From the NCBI GenBank assembly GCA_047456295.1, contig CP179887.1, positions 495,159 through 559,158 of the forward strand: a stretch of DNA of 64,000 nucleotides, given 5' to 3'. Under the pieces are notes generated by a model. It was given only the letters and a program-made list of their open reading frames with translations, ran no database searches and was not told the origin of the DNA. Below are positions 63,223 to 64,000 of this stretch, in pieces (position 1 is the first letter of the stretch; each line of letters opens with the position of its first letter). Source of the stretch: Candidatus Nealsonbacteria bacterium. Its GTDB lineage: Bacteria > Patescibacteriota > Minisyncoccia > Minisyncoccales > JANBVM01. Position numbers and translations under genes: made by a program.

Positions 63223-64000
63223 GCTTTAATGAATTTTGCTCGATATAGTTTAGGATCAACTGTGCGCCCGGCAGGACTCGAACCTGCAACCTCAAAATCC
63301 GCAATTTTGCGCTCTATCCGTTGAGCCACGGGCGCAGAACTTGTAATGATTTTTTCTAAAGAACGTCCTAAATATAATAACTCTCTTTTTATATTTTTAT
63401 CTTTATATCTAATAGCACATATTCCTGCAAAATTTTTTCTAAAACGTTTTGTTTTTCCGCGTTTTTTGATTGAAATTTTATAAAATTGATTTTGTGGAAC
63501 GTTAAGTAATTCTGACCAAAATTTTTTAGTTTTTTTCTTGGAGTGATAATAGTGTACACGAAGCCATATGGCAAATCTACTTTCATCGATATTATAGCAC
63601 TTTCTTAATAATGTAATATAAAGATGAGATAAATTTGGATCCGTATTAACAAAACCAGTAATTTCTTTTTCGCCCTTACTTCCTTCCGCCCAATAAAGCA
63701 TGGCTAATAATGACTTGTGAAAACCTAAATTTTCTAAAGGGTAATCTAAAATTTCTTTTTTTATTTTCTCTTGTATAATTTTAATTTCTTGTTCTCGTTT
63801 TTTCTTCCACTTATTCTTAACAGCAATAACCGCTGATTTTCTAATATTGGCAAGATGTTCTAACATAGCTTTTCTGGTTATCGGTTTTTTTATTGTTTTT
63901 CCAAACCATGTGCTAATTGTACTTTTTGGTACGTCTAAAAAATTGGTAATTTCTCTGTAACTCTTACCATCCAATATCATTTTTTTTACCGCCTCTTTTT
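63219..64000 (-). CDS. HTH + LAGLIDADG-like (YWAEG motif) endonuclease-like protein. The 5' end probably lies beyond the right edge, and the ORF reads through the whole tRNA-Arg gene
   Basis: It is a paralog of 36197-36907 (LLAMLYWAEGSKGEKEITGFVNTDPNLSHLYITLL vs LLYWAEGAKREKDVLFTNTDPEMIKLVMEFF). The frame stays open upstream of the ATG at 63980 to the window edge (KEAVKK aligns with LKAVTL of the paralog). There is no stop before the tRNA. The first stop, TGA 63219-63221, overlaps the recG ATG. Confidence 0.6.
   Translation of the reverse strand, partial: KEAVKKMILDGKSYREITNFLDVPKSTISTWFGKTIKKPITRKAMLEHLANIRKSAVIAVKNKWKKKREQEIKIIQEKIKKEILDYPLENLGFHKSLLAMLYWAEGSKGEKEITGFVNTDPNLSHLYITLLRKCYNIDESRFAIWLRVHYYHSKKKTKKFWSELLNVPQNQFYKISIKKRGKTKRFRKNFAGICAIRYKDKNIKRELLYLGRSLEKIITSSAPVAQRIERKIADFEVAGSSPAGRTVDPKLYRAKFIKA
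63263..63335 (-). tRNA. tRNA-Arg (anticodon GCG)
   Basis: Acceptor gcgcccg/cgggcgc, anticodon stem caaaa/ttttg, loop ttGCGga, T arm gcagg-ttcgagt-cctgc. Confidence 0.88.

Overview
The window is AT-rich, gene-dense and clearly bacterial. It carries rny, nusA, clpP, infB/rbfA, ftsH, gyrA, recG, valS, tsaD, rplS and a type IV pilus operon. Several traits point to a Patescibacteria/CPR-like genome, which is inference from content only: short proteins such as a 499-aa IF-2 and a 705-aa ValRS, very tight or overlapping gene junctions, and weak or absent Shine-Dalgarno sequences. I hand-folded 21 tRNA genes scattered as singletons and pairs; only 2 encode CCA. There is also an intein in gyrA and free-standing homing-endonuclease-like genes. 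I found no rRNA, CRISPR array, transposase or integrase.

Layout:
- 1-8267: pilM-pilX-like-pilins-pilC-pilB operon preceded by a histidine kinase/response regulator pair.
- 8.5-14 kb: tRNAs, rny, two secreted/membrane proteins, clpP, nusA.
- 14.1-26.7 kb: long minus-strand lipid cluster. It holds plsY, acyl-CoA carboxylase (CT, BCCP, BC) with birA and bioY, two plsC, a FabK-like gene, a FabZ::FabK-like fusion, fabG, a DUF35-DUF362 fusion and an archaeal-style thiolase. An archaeal-type (DUF359) dephospho-CoA kinase sits on the other strand.
- 26.7-31 kb: DAK2-DegV fusion, CarS-like CDP-archaeol-synthase homolog, PHP protein, CDP-alcohol phosphatidyltransferase.
- 31-39.3 kb: tRNA-rich accessory stretch with the cca gene, three homing-endonuclease-like genes that abut or read into tRNA genes, htrA, and a decayed island between two CCA-encoding tRNAs.
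- 39.3-52.4 kb: housekeeping genes, including gyrA with a 456-aa LAGLIDADG intein at the catalytic Tyr.
- 53-54.7 kb: tandem triad of Cys-rich proteins sharing a two-helix C-terminal module that resembles TrbC/VirB2-type pilins. Two more paralogs lie at 10.4 and 33.5 kb.
- 54.8-64 kb: hsp20, PrsW, GT2 synthase, tsaD, valS, recG.

The most interesting candidates are:
1. The fatty-acid/lipid cluster, which has no ACP, FabD or KAS gene in the window and is built around a thiolase/DUF35 pair plus several archaeal-type CoA/lipid enzymes.
2. The five-member family of Cys-rich pilin-like surface proteins.
3. The endonuclease-like ORFs that lack their own stop codon before a tRNA-Arg gene.
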